In this document: in pieces, positions 61,203 through 64,000 of the stretch
How the letters are laid out: each line of letters begins with the position of its first letter
Numbering within the stretch: position 1 is the first letter of the stretch
Made by a program: the position numbers and the translations under genes
Assembly (NCBI GenBank): GCA_048013815.1
Contig: CM106586.1
Location: 3,968,001 to 4,032,000, forward strand
DNA from: Setoptus koraiensis
Lineage: Eukaryota > Animalia > Arthropoda
Length of the DNA: 64,000 bases
Direction: 5' to 3'
Notes under the pieces: model-generated
What the model saw: the letters and a program-made list of their open reading frames with translations, nothing else
Told to the model about the DNA's origin: nothing
Databases searched by the model: none

Positions 61203-63446
61203 AACCATTTTGACGGAGCTTGCAATATGCAAATCCGTTATGTGCACCGTTATGTAACGCGCAGTGTTTTGGCGGGCGCGTGTACGTGCTTGTGTCACTA
61301 TTTCACTTAGCGGCACGTAGCGGCGGCCCCAGAGTGATTGTTGCAAAAGTTGTTGTTGGCGTCGTGGTCGTTGTTGCTGTTGCTGTTGCTGTTGTCGTTG
61401 TTGTCGGCGTTGTCGCTGGCTGAACGCTAGCAGCGACAGCGGAGAAGAAATCCAAATTCTTGTTTCGGCGCACCTAGCAGCCCGGCAAGTTGGGGCCCGT
61501 TGGGCCCGCTCGCCGGCGCCCGTGCGACGCACGGGCGAGGCGCATCGCCGAGTGAGCCAGTGAGGCGGCCAGCGGCGGGCCGGGCGGCTTTAATGAGACG
61601 ACAAGTTGGTAGTTACACCAGCCACTGCATTAGCGCTTGCCACTAGCGAGCTGCCGCGTACGGCCGCTAGTTGTTGCGTCGCTGCTGCTGCCGCCGCCGT
61701 CACTGCTACGTTAGTTACGTAACTTAAACAAAACTACCCCTGGCTGCATCATTTATCACCCTCAGCCTGGCCCCTTCTGGCGCCCCTTCGGTGCTACTCT
61801 GGCCGGCTGGCTCGCTGGGACGTGAGTAGCTGCAATGCCACCAGTTTGGCGACACACAGCGCGACTCGCTGCCAAAAGCCAGAGTGTTATTGTCGAGCTA
61901 CTGGCACACACGCACACTCACGCCGACATGAGCGATATCCAGTTGGAATCCGGTTGGAATCCAGTCGCAAGAGAGCGCCCCAATAGTTGGCAATAACGGC
62001 TCGGCTCGACGAGAACCCGTCAAGTCATTAGCAAACAGTGTGTGCATGCTGATTCGGGCACAACTTCGCCAGTGTCGCTCGGCTACAGCTAGCACTGGTT
62101 ACATATCGCTGATATTGGGCGCCCGATACCGGAATCTCGTGCCAGTTTGTCCGACGATGCGGCGCGCGAAAATATAGCGCCGGCCCGACTGCAACCTGCA
62201 ATTGTTTTTCCCGTTTCGCCGCATCCTTGCGAGCTGCCGGCCCGACCGTCCGAATGTCCGACCCGACCGTGCGAATGTCCGGCCCGACCGTCCGACTATC
62301 CGGCAACTCAGTTGCCTCAACTGCCGGGGTACCGCTGGCATCGCCCACTGGAACAAGCGATCACTCAGCTCGCCAGCTCGCAGCACCAGAGTCCGTAGCC
62401 AGAGTCCGGCAGCCAGGGTCTGGTTGGCGTTGGCTGGTGCGCGCGAGCTGCGGGCTACGAGCTTGTGCAACGTGGGGCCCAGTGCCGACAAGATTGGGCC
62501 CGGTTGCACTTTTCGCCGGGCCAATCTATCAGCGATCAGGTGATTGGGGCCAGCCCGACGGACCGATGGACCGATGAAGCGATGAATTGAATAATTGAGC
62601 CAATTCTGCGTGTCAGCGAGTTTGATTGTGTGCGCGAATAGTAATTATTGTTTGATAAATACAAATAACCAGCGTGATATACTGAGTACGTTAGTGACAA
62701 GATGAATTATGCCATAATTTGCCAGACAATATTGCCAGTAGACTCTACCGAGTAGAGTGTATAATATTTTGGGCCACTCACTGGCCGCTGGTTTTGGGCC
62801 GCTGGTTCGGGCAAACGTTTTGGGGCAACCAGCGGCCAGTAAGCGGCCTCAAACGCTTTCCAGCGACCAGGCTCTCGATTGGCACGCCTGGCGCCCACAT
62901 AGGATATTAATTTTGGTTTTGCTGAACGCGTGATATGATGGCGAGCTGATGTAGCGTAATTGCTTTTGGGGCGCTTGAGCTGGAAAATGGGCAAAACGGG
63001 AAAGTCGTTGCGGGGCCCCAGTTGTTGTGCCATGCTGCCTGCGTCTGACCTGACGTTTGACTTGCACCCAACTTCAGCTGCTGCTGTCGAGACCTTTACC
63101 CGCACGGCCGGCCCGGCCGGCAGTCAAATTTGTGCCAAGTCCGCCTGGCCGGCAGCAATATTTGCAATATAACCCAGCCTGATAAGCCATACGATGCGAT
63201 AGCCGGCTCTTATATGGCCGGTGTGTATCGCGGGCACGCCGTCGACAGTTGAGGTAGCTTCGTGGGGCCCCCGTGCGGCTATAGAGCATATTTGCGGCCA
63301 AGTGCTCGAGTCGATTATTATCCGACAACGCAAAACAACAACAACAACAACAAACAAACAATCAATCAATAACCTCTGTTGTTTCTCTCACACGCTCCCT
63401 CTCTCGCACTTGCAATCTCCCCTGGCCCACTCCCACGCACATATAG
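60246..63446 (+). other. Neto: Neto intron, 3201 bp, phase 1
   Basis: GTAAGT...CACATATAG|CT. G+CT = Ala gives CVKRIE-A-PMGHYIVVEF, a continuous CUB sequence. Confidence 0.88.
62237..62304. repeat. 21-bp tandem repeat x3
   Basis: CCGGCCCGACCGTCCGAATGT variants. Confidence 0.88.
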
Positions 63447-63701
63447 CTCCCATGGGCCACTATATAGTAGTTGAATTCAGAGATCAATTTTACATGGAGG
63501 ACTCTCTAACTTGTGAATATGATAGATTAGAAATAAGAGATGGCTCTTATGGTTACTCAAAAGTGTTGGCCCAATTGTGCGGCGATAAATTCCCTCCAGA
63601 AGTCGTTTCTAGTGATAGATTTATGTGGCTCAGGTTCACAAGTGATGCCAGTATTGAATATCCGGGCTTTAAGGCCGTCTTCAAGTTCCTCAAGCAGCCA
63701 A
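63447..63701 (+). CDS. Neto: Neto exon encoding most of CUB domain 1; the gene continues beyond the window
   Basis: APMGHYIVVEFRDQFYMEDSLTCEYDRLEIRDGSYGYSKVLAQLCGDKFPPEVVSSDRFMWLRFTSDASIEYPGFKAVFKFL. The C..D.LEIRDG.YG.S..L...CG..FPPE..S..R..WL.F.SD..IEY.GF pattern is typical of arthropod Neto / vertebrate NETO CUB1. Phase-1 donor A|GTAAGT at 63702. LDLa, TM and tail are outside the window, so orthology rests on CUB1 only. Confidence 0.85.
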
Positions 63702-64000
63702 GTAAGTACATTCTCAGTTGCAGCATTTTATCTATGCCGCTAGTGTATTTATTGATGTGAATATCTCCAATATATCTGATAATATGTGTATGTGTTAGAT
63801 ATTCACATTAATAAATATACATATATATCATCCATCTTGTGCCACCGATGGCCTAACTAACAATGATCAATTGCTCTCTTGCTCTCCTTACTGGTCTTTT
63901 CGCATGGTCGATGATGATCAATTAATTGGCCGATATTCTACAACTGGGGCCCCTGTCGACGTTGCCGCCATGCAAAACTTTATCCCGAATCATCGTTTGT

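Noticed and set aside
63221-63446. N-terminal part of the 179-aa ORF before the CUB sequence
   Set aside because: Intronic read-through upstream of the acceptor at 63446. It is low complexity with no homology.

Overview
Eukaryotic genomic DNA from an animal. The gene set and sequence style look arthropod-like, possibly a mite, but the taxon is only an inference. There are three protein-coding genes. (1) Importin-7 (IPO7/msk-like) on the minus strand: one ~2.8-kb exon from ATG 3192, a short intron near 300-404, and a second exon running off the left edge. (2) An intronless NEDD8-activating enzyme regulatory subunit (NAE1/APP-BP1), +4577..6232, divergent from IPO7. (3) A Neuropilin-and-tolloid-like gene (Neto-like, CUB domain) on the plus strand filling the rest of the window. 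Its start/signal-peptide exon (8240..8492) joins, across a 49.3-kb phase-1 GT-AG intron (8493..57794), a 2.45-kb low-complexity exon (57795..60245), then the main CUB1 exon (63447..63701), and the gene continues past the right edge. The giant intron has no recognisable nested gene, transposon ORF, tRNA, rRNA or CRISPR array, but it is highly structured. It holds dozens of unrelated micro- and minisatellites (some with higher-order repeats) and many perfect palindromes and hairpins (up to a 44-bp spacerless palindrome), often built around GGGCCC or arranged as overlapping arm/anti-arm/arm chains. It also holds recurrent PAR-bZIP D-box and RFX X-box-like motifs, a 22-nt exact duplicate 20 kb apart, and candidate recursive splice sites. 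All counts are manual minimum counts. Expected values are rough uniform-composition arithmetic, not computed statistics.
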